DNA of 64,000 nt from Octopus sinensis. Lineage: Eukaryota. The notes beneath the pieces are model-generated. The model searched no databases. It saw nothing but the letters and a program-made list of their open reading frames with translations, and was not told the origin of the DNA. Shown here piece after piece: positions 1 to 11,679 of this stretch (its first letter is position 1; each line of letters opens with the position of its first letter). The stretch lies in contig NC_043005.1 in assembly GCF_006345805.1 (NCBI RefSeq), positions 23,684,001-23,748,000 on the forward strand, read 5' to 3'. The position numbers and the translations under genes were made by a program.

Positions 1-352
1 AGACTGTACATCATCTTTAAAGAACTTTAATGAACTTTGGAAATCTGTTTATGTTACTTAATTATCTACATTACTTCATGAGTATAGCCTCAACCACTAA
101 GATGTCTAGAGAACTCACATGTATTTTAGCTGATGAGTACGGGACACGTTTATATGCTGCATTTTTGCAACTTTTAATAAAGCCTGTCTTTGTATGAAAC
201 GATTGTACTAAAAACTTATCCATTCTTGTTGCTTCTTTCTCGCTTATAATCACCCCACATTACTGTATTGTTAAAACCGTATAGTTTTTGGTGCATCTAA
301 GTTAGGTACCATATTCAAGTAAATTCATTAAAATTGACTTGAATCTTTATTG

Positions 353-433
<81 letters not shown>

Positions 434-548
434 CATATATACATATACATATATATATGTATATATCCATATATATATATCCATATAAATATATATATAT
501 GTATATATCCATATAAATATTTATATATATATATGTATGTATACATCC

Positions 549-579
<31 letters not shown>

Positions 580-640
580 CACACATATACATGCATACAT
601 ACATACACACACACATATATGTATGCGTGTGTATGTGTGT

Positions 641-803
641 AACGGGCTTCTTTCAGTTTCCGTCTACCGAATCCACCCACAAGGCTTTGGCCGGCTCGAG
701 GCTATAGTAGAAGACACTTGCCGAAGGTGCCACGCAATGGGACTAAGCCTGGGATTATGCGATTGGAAAGCAAGCTTTTTATCACGCAGTCACGCTTGCG
801 CCT
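641..803 (-). mobile_element. tRNA-derived SINE family A, partial
   Basis: Reverse complement of the family A head/body (GGCAAGTGTCTTCTACTATAGCC...GGTAGACGGAAACTGAAAGAAGCCCG) seen repeatedly in the window. Confidence 0.85.
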
Positions 804-1074
804 ATGTATGTTTGAATGTATATATATATAAATATACATCTTTAAAGTGTTTCAGCTTTGAAGCTATGATCAAGCTGGGGCACCACCGTTATGTATATCT
901 ATATATAATCAATTCAAATAAGAAACAATAAAATTTACAAGAGTAAACACCAAGAGGACGGGCACAAGGAATGTATTAGTTTGACACTCAATAAAAAGAG
1001 AGAGATTTCGTCGAAAAGGAGAAAAGGAAAAGTCTGAAAAAACGACATCGTACGTTGTTACATTATATATATTA

Positions 1075-1261
1075 GGCGCAGGAGTGGCTGAGTGGTAAGT
1101 AGCTTGCTTACCAGCTACATGGTTTCGGGTTCAGTGCCACTGCGTGGCGCCTTGGGCAAGTGTCTTCTACTATAGCTCCGGGCCGACCAAAGCCTTGTGA
1201 GTGGATTTGGTAGACGGAAAGTGAAAGTATCCCTCGTATATATATGTGTGTATTATATAGT

Positions 1262-1313
<52 letters not shown>

Positions 1314-1331
1314 CTATATATATATATATAT

Positions 1332-1376
<45 letters not shown>

Positions 1377-1550
1377 ATATATCTATATACATACATATAT
1401 ATATGTATGTGTGCGTGTTTGTGTGTTTCTGTTTATCCCCCACCATCGCTTGACGATCGGCTTACAAAGACTAAGTCCTGGGGTCGATTTGTTCGACTAA
1501 AGGCAGTACTCCAGCATAGCTGCAGTCAAATGACTGAAACAAATAAAAGA
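1075..1550 (+). mobile_element. SINE family A with expanded internal (TA)n
   Basis: Head GGCGCAGGAGTGGCTGAGTGGTAAGTAGCTTGCTTACC (A box) and GGTTCAGTGCC (B box), internal TA/TG microsatellite, tail CAGTCAAATGACTGAAAC. Confidence 0.9.
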
Positions 1551-1598
1551 TTAAATGCATATATATATTGTCACTCTGTCAGTTTATCTGTCTACTTG

Positions 1599-1644
<46 letters not shown>

Positions 1645-1646
1645 CA

Positions 1647-1755
<109 letters not shown>

Positions 1756-2176
1756 ATAGGCATTACCCATTGGTGGAGAATATGCAGTTTCTTGTGGAGA
1801 CTGAGTTGGCAGCTGCGTGCACCGGGGGAATAAGGAGGGTCCTTGTCAATGATAAAACAAAGAGAAAAGAAAGCATAAAGAAGAGTGCTTTCTTTTCTCT
1901 ATCACTTCATTTCCTCTCTTTCTTTGAACGGGCCTCCAGGAGTTCACCACACACATGCATGACCGCACATTCTCACATAGATGTACGCACGCAGAGAGAC
2001 ACATACACACACATCACACACAGAGATAACAAAAGGACATTTTCTTTCAGATTTGTATGAAAGACCTAACATTTTCTGTAAAGGCTTAAAATATGAAAGG
2101 CCTAAAATTATCTGACGAGGCTTGGAAACGAACAAAATAAAAGTGCTATTATGTAAAATCTGTATACCATTTCAGA

Positions 2177-2286
<110 letters not shown>

Positions 2287-2329
2287 GTCTCTCTCTCTCT
2301 CTCTTCACCATCTCTTCTTCTCTGTATAT

Positions 2330-2722
2330 ATATTTGGAATTTGGGATTAAGATTCCTGGCACATCTTTCTATGTGTTCACTCACCTTTAACTGTCTGTAT
2401 TGTGGGTGACGGATTTGCTCTTTGTGAATGGTGATTCTTTGACGGAGCGAAATTCCTGTTTGTCTAATATAGTTTACCACATCCTATGCATGTCATGTCA
2501 TAGATTACATTTGCTGAGGCATCACATGCGCCTCAGCAAATGTAATCTATGACATGACATGCATAGGATGTGGTAAACTCTATATTAGACAAACAGGAAT
2601 TTCGCTCCGTCAAAGAATCACCATTCACAAAGAGCAAATCCGTCACCCACAATACAGACAGTTAAAGGTGAGTGAACACATAGAAAGATGTGCCAGGAAT
2701 CTTAATCCCAAATTCCAAATAT
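2330..2722. repeat. Near-perfect inverted repeat (arms 2330-2520 and 2530-2722, 9-bp spacer)
   Basis: Left arm is the reverse complement of the right arm apart from a 2-bp CT deletion; the same peptide appears in ORFs 2277..2480(-) and 2554..2847(+). Confidence 0.95.
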
Positions 2723-2990
2723 TTCCCTTTTACCAATGTTCACAGAACACCACAATGCAACAAAGTTTGAATAAAGAGGCATTTTTCATCAATAAAATTC
2801 TCCCCCAACTAAATATGAACACACAACTCAATACAGAACACCACTAACTCTTCAATTGAAACCACTAAACCCTATACACTTCTTACACCACTCACATCTC
2901 TAAATCCAGAACTGCTTATCTCCCTTACAAATAATCCAGAACTACTTACCTCCCTTACAAATAATCTTTTTTTCAGGAACTATTAGACCT
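2521..2990 (+). mobile_element. Penelope-like element 3' fragment (GIY-YIG endonuclease)
   Basis: Translates ITCASANVIYDMTCIGCGKLYIRQTGISLRQRITIHKEQIRHPQYRQLKVSEHIERC...FQIFPFYQC...KEAFFINKILPQLN; homologous to the PLE endonuclease at 18231-18488. The 3' boundary is approximate. Confidence 0.88.
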
Positions 2991-3279
2991 GACACCGTGT
3001 ATTAACCGGCGTTGTTCAAACGATGAATAGCTTGCGTATACCATGGTCCGTTTTGTTCTCTTACTTTATTACCATCTTATAATCATCTCATAATATTGAC
3101 TTTTATGACCCGTATTACTACCTCAGTCAATCTAAATATATATATATTTGTCGTTACCTATCATAAATAGCCTTTTTTATTTGCAATGTGCATTTTCGTT
3201 GCTTTTTCATATTTTACCCTTACATTTCCACGTGTATTTTATATTTTCTTTTCGTAACATATTTCTACTATAGATATAG

Positions 3280-3338
<59 letters not shown>

Positions 3339-3415
3339 ATATATAATATATAGTATATATATATATATATAAAAATTTATATTTATTAACTTAATGCACT
3401 TTTTTCATGAAACAG

Positions 3416-3551
3416 AACGTATCCGTTTGGCTGACGGTTCAAAAACTGACGGTCGCGTGGAATTATTTCACAATGGGACATGGGGAACGATTTGCGATGA
3501 TAGCTGGGACAATTATGATGCCAAAGTTGTTTGTAGAATGCTGGGTTTAAG
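3416..3551 (+). CDS. SRCR domain 1, N-terminal half exon (internal exon; upstream exons not identified)
   Basis: aacag| acceptor and AG|GTGAG donor; reads (E)[44 protein letters not shown], matching the SRCR pattern RL..G....GRVE....G.WGT.CDD.W....A.VVCR.LG. Phase 1 in, phase 2 out. Confidence 0.95.
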
Positions 3552-3573
3552 GTGAGAAAATTATTATTATTAC

Positions 3574-3654
<81 letters not shown>

Positions 3655-4164
3655 TGTGTGCGCGTGTTTTAATTTGAGAATGTTTAACCCTGTTATCGTA
3701 TTTACCTAATTTTAGAATGTATATAAATGTATGTAGCAAAGGCGCTGCCCCAGTGGTTTTGGGCTCTGCAACCGCTATCTTGCGATCGTGATTTCTATTC
3801 CTAGACAAGGGCTGCGTTGTGTTCTTCAACAAAGCACTTCTTTCCACGTTGCTCCAGTCCACTCAGCTGTAAACGGGTCACCCTGCGATGGACTGACATC
3901 TCATTCGGGGTGAATATTGGGATGATCGCCTAGCTAGCAAAGTGGCATCATTTGAAACTGCAACAATGCGAGTAAGTGAATTATGACCAGTGATGTATAA
4001 CCTCATCTGATATATATACAAACATACATACCCACGCACATACATGCATACATACATACATACATAAATACATACATACATACATACATACATACATCAT
4101 ATATATATAATATTATATATAATATTATATCTATATCTATATATATATATATATAATATTATAT

Positions 4165-4314
4165 CTGTGTGGTAAGTAGCTTGCTTACGAACCACATGGT
4201 TCCGGGCTCAGTCTCACTGCGTGGCACCTTGGGCAAGTGTCTTCTACAATAGCCTCGGGCTGACCAAAGCTTGTGAGTGGATTTGGTAGACGGAAACTGA
4301 AAGAAGCCCGTCGT
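4165..4314 (+). mobile_element. SINE family A, 5' part
   Basis: CTGTGTGGTAAGTAGCTTGCTTACGAACCACATGGTTCCGGG...GAAAGAAGCCCGTCG. Confidence 0.88.
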
Positions 4315-4325
4315 ATATATGTATG

Positions 4326-4356
<31 letters not shown>

Positions 4357-4620
4357 TATATATGTAAATGTGGAACGATGACAATGAGTAGTCAACACCG
4401 CATAGGTGGATATAATGTCTGTATTTGTGAATTAAGGCTACCATTGGTTTCATATTAAGAAAAGTAGGAAAATAGCCCAGTGTCTTAACAATTTTTCAAG
4501 CCGATCACATGCAGAAAGGTGTATATATATATATATATAGTATTTCGGGAGGTAACTTTTTGGCCAGATAAACACACGCACTACATATTCGTTCTTCACT
4601 CGTTTATTAATGTTGTTATT

Positions 4621-6526
4621 CTAACTCATGTCCACATCCTCCTCCATCCTCAACGCCTCATTCAAGATCAGAGCGGGTTCCGTGTCAGCGTTGCCTGGGT
4701 ACAAGTGATATTTCTCATTGAGCCCCTTCAGCCTAAACGTCACGTCAAACGTTATGACCTCCACAGCTATATGCGGAGGCCATTCGGGATCCTGTGTGAA
4801 GGCTAAAGGTGCTCCCTTATGGTGCTTTTCCACCACCTTTTCAACCTCTCCGCCTCTATAGAATAAGAAGATCAATAATTCGTCTTCCTCCGGGGGAGGT
4901 ATATCTAATTCTTCCGTTGGCGGCACAGTTCTCGCCAACGGTGTCTCTTCTCCTGCCGGTGGCACAACCCCAAACGATGTAGTTCCGGGACATTCCGGTA
5001 CTATGTCACCGAATGCCGGCAATGTCCCATTTCCTCTTCTTCTTTTTTTTCTTTTCAACTGAGGAAAGATGTGTCTCCTCCGTGACCGGGAGATTCGCCT
5101 CCCCATCCTCATCCCTAGGATCCTTCGGTGAGCACCCATTGTTGCTCACCTTCTTCCTCTTGCGGCCCCTGTTTGAGGAGTCCTCTGCCTCCTCGGCCGC
5201 CTTCATTCCCTCCTCTACAGAGGTCTCACTCAACTGCTCCGGGACCTTATTTTGTTCCTGGGGACAATTTTTCACTGATAAAACCTGGTGGGGTGACTCT
5301 GAAGAATCACCGGATACCTGCACCCGGCCATTTAAAAAAAAATCTGGAAAAACCAGATTGGCTGATTGAGTCCAAAGGGTCAAAACAGCTTTTGACCCAA
5401 CCCAATCAGCTGCAGGAAAAACTTTCACATTAAGGAGCTTGGCTCCGCTGCCACCCAGATCCCGGCGGATAGTCTCCTCTATCCACTCGGGTTTTATCCC
5501 GGGTGGCAACCTGCAGACCCAAGCTTTCGTCAACCTCCTCCCACAATACGTGGGAAGAAACAAAATTTCCTCGCCCTCCAAGGGCTGACTCGCAAATTTG
5601 CGAGCCTCTTCAGGGGTATCAAATAGCAACCACACCGTTGCGTATTTGACACCCCTGGAAATGAATTTAATTGTTGGCAAATACTCCGCCAACTCCTTTT
5701 CAATTGCCGTCTTTTCGAATAGGGCGATGGTGTCGAGTGACTTGGAGTAGGTTCTCAACACCACCGTCCTATCTTCACGGTCTTTCAACCACTTTTTAGG
5801 CGGTACAACCTCCCACTCCAAAACTTTGTCCGTTTTCATTGCCATATTTCCCTCTTTTTTTTAAACGGTTCGAAAATAATTCAAAATAAAACTTAAAAAG
5901 GGAGAAGAAAAAAGAAATCAAAAGAAAGTCACAACAAAATGGAAAGGAGAAAAGGAAACAATTCACAAAAAAGAGAAAGTCAAATAAAGTTTAGAAGAAA
6001 GAAACAATAGTTCAGAAACACAGCAAAGAAATCTTCCGGCCATTCGGTACTCCCGGCCTAGGTTGAACCCGGAACGCTACAACTGGAACACAACTTCCAC
6101 AAAAACTGGTATACAAATTGTTCAATCTTCGGAGGCAAAGACACTCCCCCAAACAGCAGTTCTCACAATTATCTTAAAATTCTTCAAAAAGTGAACAAAT
6201 TTTTAGTAGGCATAATACACCCCCAAGCAACAATTCTCATAATTAAGTGAGAAAAATATTCATTCAACATAAACTACTAACTAGGAAGACGAATACGCGC
6301 CCAAACAAAAATTCTCACAATTATGCAGGCAGAACCAGAATTCTGAATCCAGTAGGACTTCTTGCCTGTATATAAAAAAAAAATTCTCAACAAAAATTCC
6401 CACTGGACCCCAAAAACAGAACCTTACCTTACAGTGGAGCTTCAACATTTTTCAATTCGAAACGGTTTTAAAAGCACGTCCCACCGCTTTGGTCCCAAAC
6501 ACCACAATTACTCGCACATGCGCAGT
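4621..6526 (-). mobile_element. ORF1-only non-LTR-like element, copy 1 (frameshifted ORF ~5845 to 4621)
   Basis: ORFs 5006..5845 and 4621..5139 align with the decayed ORF at ~46803-47608 (PPKKWLK...TVVLRTYS; FASQPLEG.EI.FLPTYCG; DELLIF.YRGGEVEK; FTQDPEWPP.IAVEVIT); the 5' UTRs are also homologous; the 5' end abuts a SINE A head. Confidence 0.85.
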
Positions 6527-6563
6527 GGAAGCAAGCTTCTTACCACACAGCCACGCCTGCGCC
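6527..6563 (-). mobile_element. SINE family A head, interrupted by the ORF1-only element
   Basis: Minus strand reads AGGCGCAGGCGTGGCTGTGTGGTAAGAAGCTTGCTTCC and then switches to the element 5' end (ACTGCGCATGTGCGAG). Confidence 0.88.
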
Positions 6564-6648
6564 TATATATTAAATAACCACCGAATATTTTCTTGCATTC
6601 CTATTGATGAACTTAGTAAAATAACGTATACTTTTTATTTTTATTTAG

Positions 6649-6821
6649 CGACGGAACCGCTTTCACTAAGGCCTGGTTCTCCCAGGGCAAAGGAGAAATA
6701 TTCATGTCAGAAGTACAATGTTTGGGGTCCGAATTATCTATTTGGGAATGTCCATTCAAAAGAGAGCACTTTTGTTCTCATCGTGAAGACGCTTCTGTTG
6801 TTTGTAGTGAACGTCGAAATG
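6649..6821 (+). CDS. SRCR domain 1, C-terminal half exon
   Basis: ttttatttag| acceptor, G|GTAAAT donor; phase 2 joins the previous exon (AG+C=Ser); reads SDGTAFTKAWFSQGKGEIFMSEVQCLGSELSIWECPFKREHFCSHREDASVVCSERRN (SRCR F.QG.G.I....V.C.G.E..I..C...C.H.EDA.V.C). Confidence 0.93.
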
Positions 6822-6933
6822 GTAAATTGCTTCAATAATTTTCGCCTTAATTACTAATTACATGAATTAATATATCAAATATTTAAAAATATTTTACTTT
6901 TTTGTTTGTTCTTTGTATTCATATTGACCATAA

Positions 6934-7016
<83 letters not shown>

Positions 7017-7017
<1 letters not shown>

Positions 7018-7107
7018 GTAAAATAATATGTGACAATTATTCGGTAGCCAAGATAAAACTCAGAGTTTTATCTTGGCTACCGAATAATTGTCACATATTA
7101 TTTTACA
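7017..7107. repeat. Perfect hairpin (45-bp arms, 1-nt loop) at the end of a mini-element in (TA)n
   Basis: TGTAAAATAATATGTGACAATTATTCGGTAGCCAAGATAAAACTC-A-exact reverse complement. Confidence 0.97.
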
Positions 7108-7229
7108 CATAAATTTCCTCAATTTACATAATATTGAGGTCTCTTTCTTTCTTTTGTTATCTTCCAGTTTTTACCAATATATATAATATATATATATATA
7201 TATTTATGTGAATTTGAAGGTAAGATACT

Positions 7230-7380
7230 TTGGTCTCAAATCATGACACAAAACCAGTAATTTCAGTGGAGGGCTAAGTCGATTAGGCCGACCCCAGTGC
7301 TCCACTGGTCCTAATTTTATCGATCACGAAAAGATGAAACGCAAAGTCGATCTCGGTGGCATTTGAACTCAGAACTCAAA
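7230..7380 (-). mobile_element. SINE family B (MetaSINE-like core), partial
   Basis: GACCCCAGTGCTCCACTGG...ATCGATCACGAAAAGATGAAACGCAAAGTCGATCTCGGTGGCATTTGAACTCAGAAC; shared with other copies in the window. Confidence 0.75.
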
Positions 7381-8184
7381 GCTTATGAACTTCATTAGCT
7401 TACTGCTGTTTCCAGTATCATTTGCGGTGGAGTGTCTGAATCATAGTTGAGTGTCTGAATCATCCCTTACTGCTTCATCAAAGCCTCAAACATGAAGTGT
7501 TCACATTTATTGAGAAACTAGCTTACAGTGGTACACAAATCTCAACCGAACCATGTGTTAAATTCTTCATAGACTGGCACAGTAGACCGTAATTCGACAT
7601 CTCGAGACTCTAATTGAGAGAAGCGAATTTAGAAAGATACGTGGCTGCATGGTGTCTATCTTTGTGTCACTGCAGAGTATCTGGAATGAAAATCTACTGA
7701 AAAATTACCTGCTAAGCGTCAACCGCATGAGACGATATACCGATATTGTTTTACAGTCTAGATATCTGTATTCCAACTTCAATTTACTTTCCTCTGTAGT
7801 TGATTTAAAATGAACTTCAAACCAAACTAATTTTTATCTAATATTTATAGCAAATATTTGTCTGTATTTTTGTCAGTTTCCACTGTTTTCTTTTCCAATT
7901 TTTACCAAATGTAATGTTATTAATATACCTTTATACAGTTTGTAGCTATATGATGCATTGTAATGATGATACACAACAATGTTGAAACAGACCTGATTGA
8001 AAATATACACGAATAAATATTGTTGTTGAAGCACAAGTAAATTAATTAATAAAAATTCCATCAACAGCTCTCTTCTTTTCATATAAACTAGGCTTTAAGA
8101 AAGAAATGAGCTTTGTCACATTCTCTCGCTCTTTCTTTCTCTTTCCCCACCTCTCTCTCCATATATATATGCATATTATATTTT

Positions 8185-10480
8185 TTATCAGTTTCAGCTC
8201 AAAGCTGTGCCTATGCTGGGGCACCGCCGTTTTGTTACTATTATTATTGACAACCTCCTTTAATATATGGTATTTGGTGAATAAGGAGTTTGATTTCGCT
8301 ACCCTCATTTGCACCTCCTGCCGGGAGGTAGGTTCATCTGGGACTCTCGACAAGAAAAAATCCAGTTTTGATTTGAAAACACCTACATCACCTTTGTGTA
8401 GGTTCTTCAGGCTCTTTGGGAGAATATTAAAAAGCTGTGGGCCTCTGAAACTCAGGCTGTTGCAGTAACTGGTCCTGAAGCGCTGTGGCATTGCTGGGAT
8501 CTTTGGCACTGTGCAGTGGCGATGCGTTCTAGCATTTGTGTAGTTTTCAATGCCAAAATTTGGTACAATCCCTTCCAGGAGCTTCCAGATGTATATTACT
8601 ACATATCTCTCCCGCCTTCGCTCCAGAGTCTTAGCTCTTTCAGCCTATCCCAGTAGCTGAGCTGTTGCAATGAGACGATCTTCTTTGTGAAGCTTCACTG
8701 AATTGCTTCAAGGTCCGCTGTTAATTTTACACTGTGGGGTGACCATAGCTGGGAGCAATAATCCAGGTGGCTGAGGACGAATGACCTCCAGAGGACCATC
8801 ATGGTTTCCTTCTCTCTGGTTCTGAACGTTTTCAAGATCCATTCAGCCAGTCGTCTGCACTTTGTCGCAATCCTGGTACCGTGCACTTGGAAAGAGGTAT
8901 CATCACTCATGTCGATACCCAGGTCCCGCACTGATTTAGGCTCTGGGATTGTAATCCCCCGTGGACCAGTGCACCCTGTAAATTTAAATTCAGTTTTGGA
9001 CACTGGTAGCGCAGGACTTGGAATTTTTCAGTATTAAGCATATTATTGTCCTCAGCCGATCTGTAAACTGAGTTCAACTCCTGATGCAGGTGTGCAACAT
9101 CGCTGGGATTCTGTACTTTCTGTGAGACTTTCGTATCGTCTGTGTAGCTTGCAAGGGTGGCTATCCGGGTTCTTGAGGGCATATCTGAGAGGGCCACTAC
9201 AAAAAGCAGTGGTCCCAAGACAGTGCTCTGTGGAACACCGCTCACTATTTGTGTTTTCTTTGAGGTGGCTCCATTGGCCACTGCTGCCTGAATTCTATCT
9301 TTCAGAAAGTCATGTAACCACTCTCCAAGTTTTCCAGCTTTACCGAGATCACGCAGTTTGTGGCATATCACCATGATCCACTTTATCAAAAGCTTTTGCC
9401 AGGTCAAGGTATATTATGTCCACATTTGAATTGTTGAGTAACTACGTCAACATCCAGTCATAGTGCTGTAAGAGCTGGGTCAGGCAGCACCTACCTGGTC
9501 GAAAGCCATGCTGGGTATCGCTCAGCAAGTTGTTTTCTTCAAGGAATGCGATTAGGTTCCCTCTGACTATCCGTTCCATGAGTTTGTTAATGTGTGAAGT
9601 CAGAGAGATAGGCCTTTAGTTTTTGGCATCTGCTCCGCTTCCCCCTTTATGGATTGGGCATATTATTCACTCCTTCAGTTTGCTTGGCAGCCTGCCATTT
9701 GCAAGAAAGCTCTGGAAGATAATCTGTTGTGGTTTCACCAGGGTACGCTTACACGATTTGAGGTCGATTGCTGGGAAACTATCAGGACCAGCAGTTGAGT
9801 TTGCGTCCACCTATTCTATGGCTAGTAACATCGTAACTGTATCGCTGGTTATAGGCGAGACGGCAAAGAAATCCACTGGTTCATTCACTTTTCTGTGTTC
9901 CAACAGGGTGGTAAAGACACTTTTGAACTGGTCATTCAGTACCTCACTGATATTGGTTGGACTATCTCTGAGGGAGCCATCCTTTTGGAAGAGGGATCCT
10001 ATTTTGCCGCGTACTGAGGCTGTTTCTTTGGCATGATTACTTAATGTTTTTTTTATAACCCAGGCTTCTTTGTCTGCTCTCTCTCCCTCTCATAGGATTG
10101 TTGCATGCTTCAATCTCCGTCAGTGTTGTTTTTAGGCGGGATCTTTCAGTACTTTTGGGATGTTGGTTGAAGCGATTTGCAACCTTCGTCCATCGTCCCA
10201 TGAAGATCTTTCTTTCCCTTGGAATCTTGTTCCTTTCTGTGTTGACCTTGGGACACATCTCTGGGACACATCTCTGGCATATGGTTTGCATAAAAGACAT
10301 GAAATATTTTAGTTTCATGCCAATGTCTGGTTTTCCTGCATGTTTTGTTCCAACGTGTATCCTGTTTCTCTGGATTGGGTCTAAAAAAGTTTGCTGTAAT
10401 TACGTTGATATAAATTTCCAGTGTTACTAATTATATTTGAATTGTTAGAAAGCTGGTTTTACGAGTGAGAGGACAAACGA
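8185..10480 (-). mobile_element. Decayed CR1-clade LINE (RT and 3' end), 5'-truncated
   Basis: Frameshifted RT motifs SGVPQSTVLGPLLF, YTDDTK, VRDLGI, HLDYCSQLWSP, FRGPQLFNILP; 3' tail GGCGGTGCCCCAGCATAGGCACAGCTTTGAGCTGAAAC. Confidence 0.92.
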
Positions 10481-10534
10481 AAGAAAATGGCATTCAACAC
10501 ATTTAGTAGGAGTTCCATCTATTATTTAAAATAC

Positions 10535-11313
10535 TTTGATTCGGATCCGTGCTGCTTCAAGTTTCGCAGGACCCTAAGGTTGAGCCCGACTCTTTCAAGT
10601 TTCTGTAGTGACTGAATTCAGGAAGTTCAAGATGGCTATCAGATGATGGGCTGCTATTGATACAGGAAGGTCACATGGTGTTATGGTGAATAATGCTAAG
10701 TCGTTAGCGGCACCAGTTTCATAAGAAAAAGGGAGTTTCTTTGATTGCGTGGTTGGACAGGAAATTGGTGGCGTTACTGTGTCTTGATACGGCAGCGGTA
10801 AGGTAGGTGAGTGTATGAGTTTAAATGCGTGCATGTGCGCGTGTGTGCGTGAGTGTGTGTGTGTATGTGTGTATGCGTGTGTGTATGTATATGTGTGTGG
10901 TGTACCCGCATACATATGCATATACGAGAAGTGTGAATGCGTGGATGTCGGTATGTTATTGATTATATGGGTGTACGTGTGTGTATGTGTATGCATATGT
11001 TTGTCTTTACGTATGTGTTGGCTGCTGATATGTTGATATTGGTATATTGGTAGAGCTTGTGAGTGTGTGTGGTGTGTGTGTGTGTTTGGTGCCTGCCGCA
11101 TACGCGTGCACGATGGGACGGGTTTAGGGTGTAAGTATGGGTGTGTGGGGGTGCTTGTGGGTGTAGGTGACCCTCCATGCCCAATAGCAGTCCATCATCC
11201 TGTAGCTACCTTGGACTTCCTTGAACTCTCCATTCAGTCATTCCAGAAGCCCGAAAGAATCCAGCTCCCCTTAGGGGCCTGCAAAACTTGAAGTAGCACG
11301 GAACTGAGTCAAA
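10535..11313. mobile_element. Fold-back PLE-like remnant: diverged ~140-bp inverted arms (10535-10674, 11167-11313) around a TG-rich spacer
   Basis: TTTGATTCGGATCCGTGCTGCTTCAAGTTTCGCAGG...GATGATGGGCTGCTATTG matches the reverse complement of CAATAGCAGTCCATCATC...CCTGCAAAACTTGAAGTAGCACGGAACTGAGTCAAA; each arm has a decayed hammerhead-like motif. PLE origin is inferred. Confidence 0.7.
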
Positions 11314-11345
11314 CTGAGTCAATAATAACAATAATAATGATGATG

Positions 11346-11391
<46 letters not shown>

Positions 11392-11444
11392 GAGAAGAAG
11401 AAGAAGAAGAAGAAGAAGAAGAAGAAGATAAGAATAATCCTTTT

Positions 11445-11605
11445 CTACTGAAGGCACAAGGCCTTAAAAAATTGTGCGGGAGGGGGATTAGTCGATAATA
11501 TCGACCCCAGTACTCAACTGGTACTTAATTTACCGACCCCAAAAAAGGGTGGAAGGCAAAGTCGAACTCGGCAGAATTTGAACTCAGAACGTTGCGACGG
11601 TGAAG
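11445..11605 (-). mobile_element. SINE family B
   Basis: ATCGACCCCAGTACTCAACTGGTACTTAATTTACCGACCCC...GGCAAAGTCGAACTCGGCAGAATTTGAACTCAGAACG. Confidence 0.8.
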
Positions 11606-11679
11606 TACCTTAATAATAATAATATTGATAATAATAATAATAATAATGATAATAATAATAATAATAATAATAATAATAT

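Noticed and set aside
71-253. 60-aa minus-strand ORF with faint resemblance to a Gypsy RNase H C-terminus
   Set aside because: No intact diagnostic motif (for example ADALSR) and no LTR seen; too weak to call.
2105-2135. CTGACGA-GGCTTG-GAAAC hammerhead-like string
   Set aside because: No convincing stem I or stem II and no NUH triplet in position.
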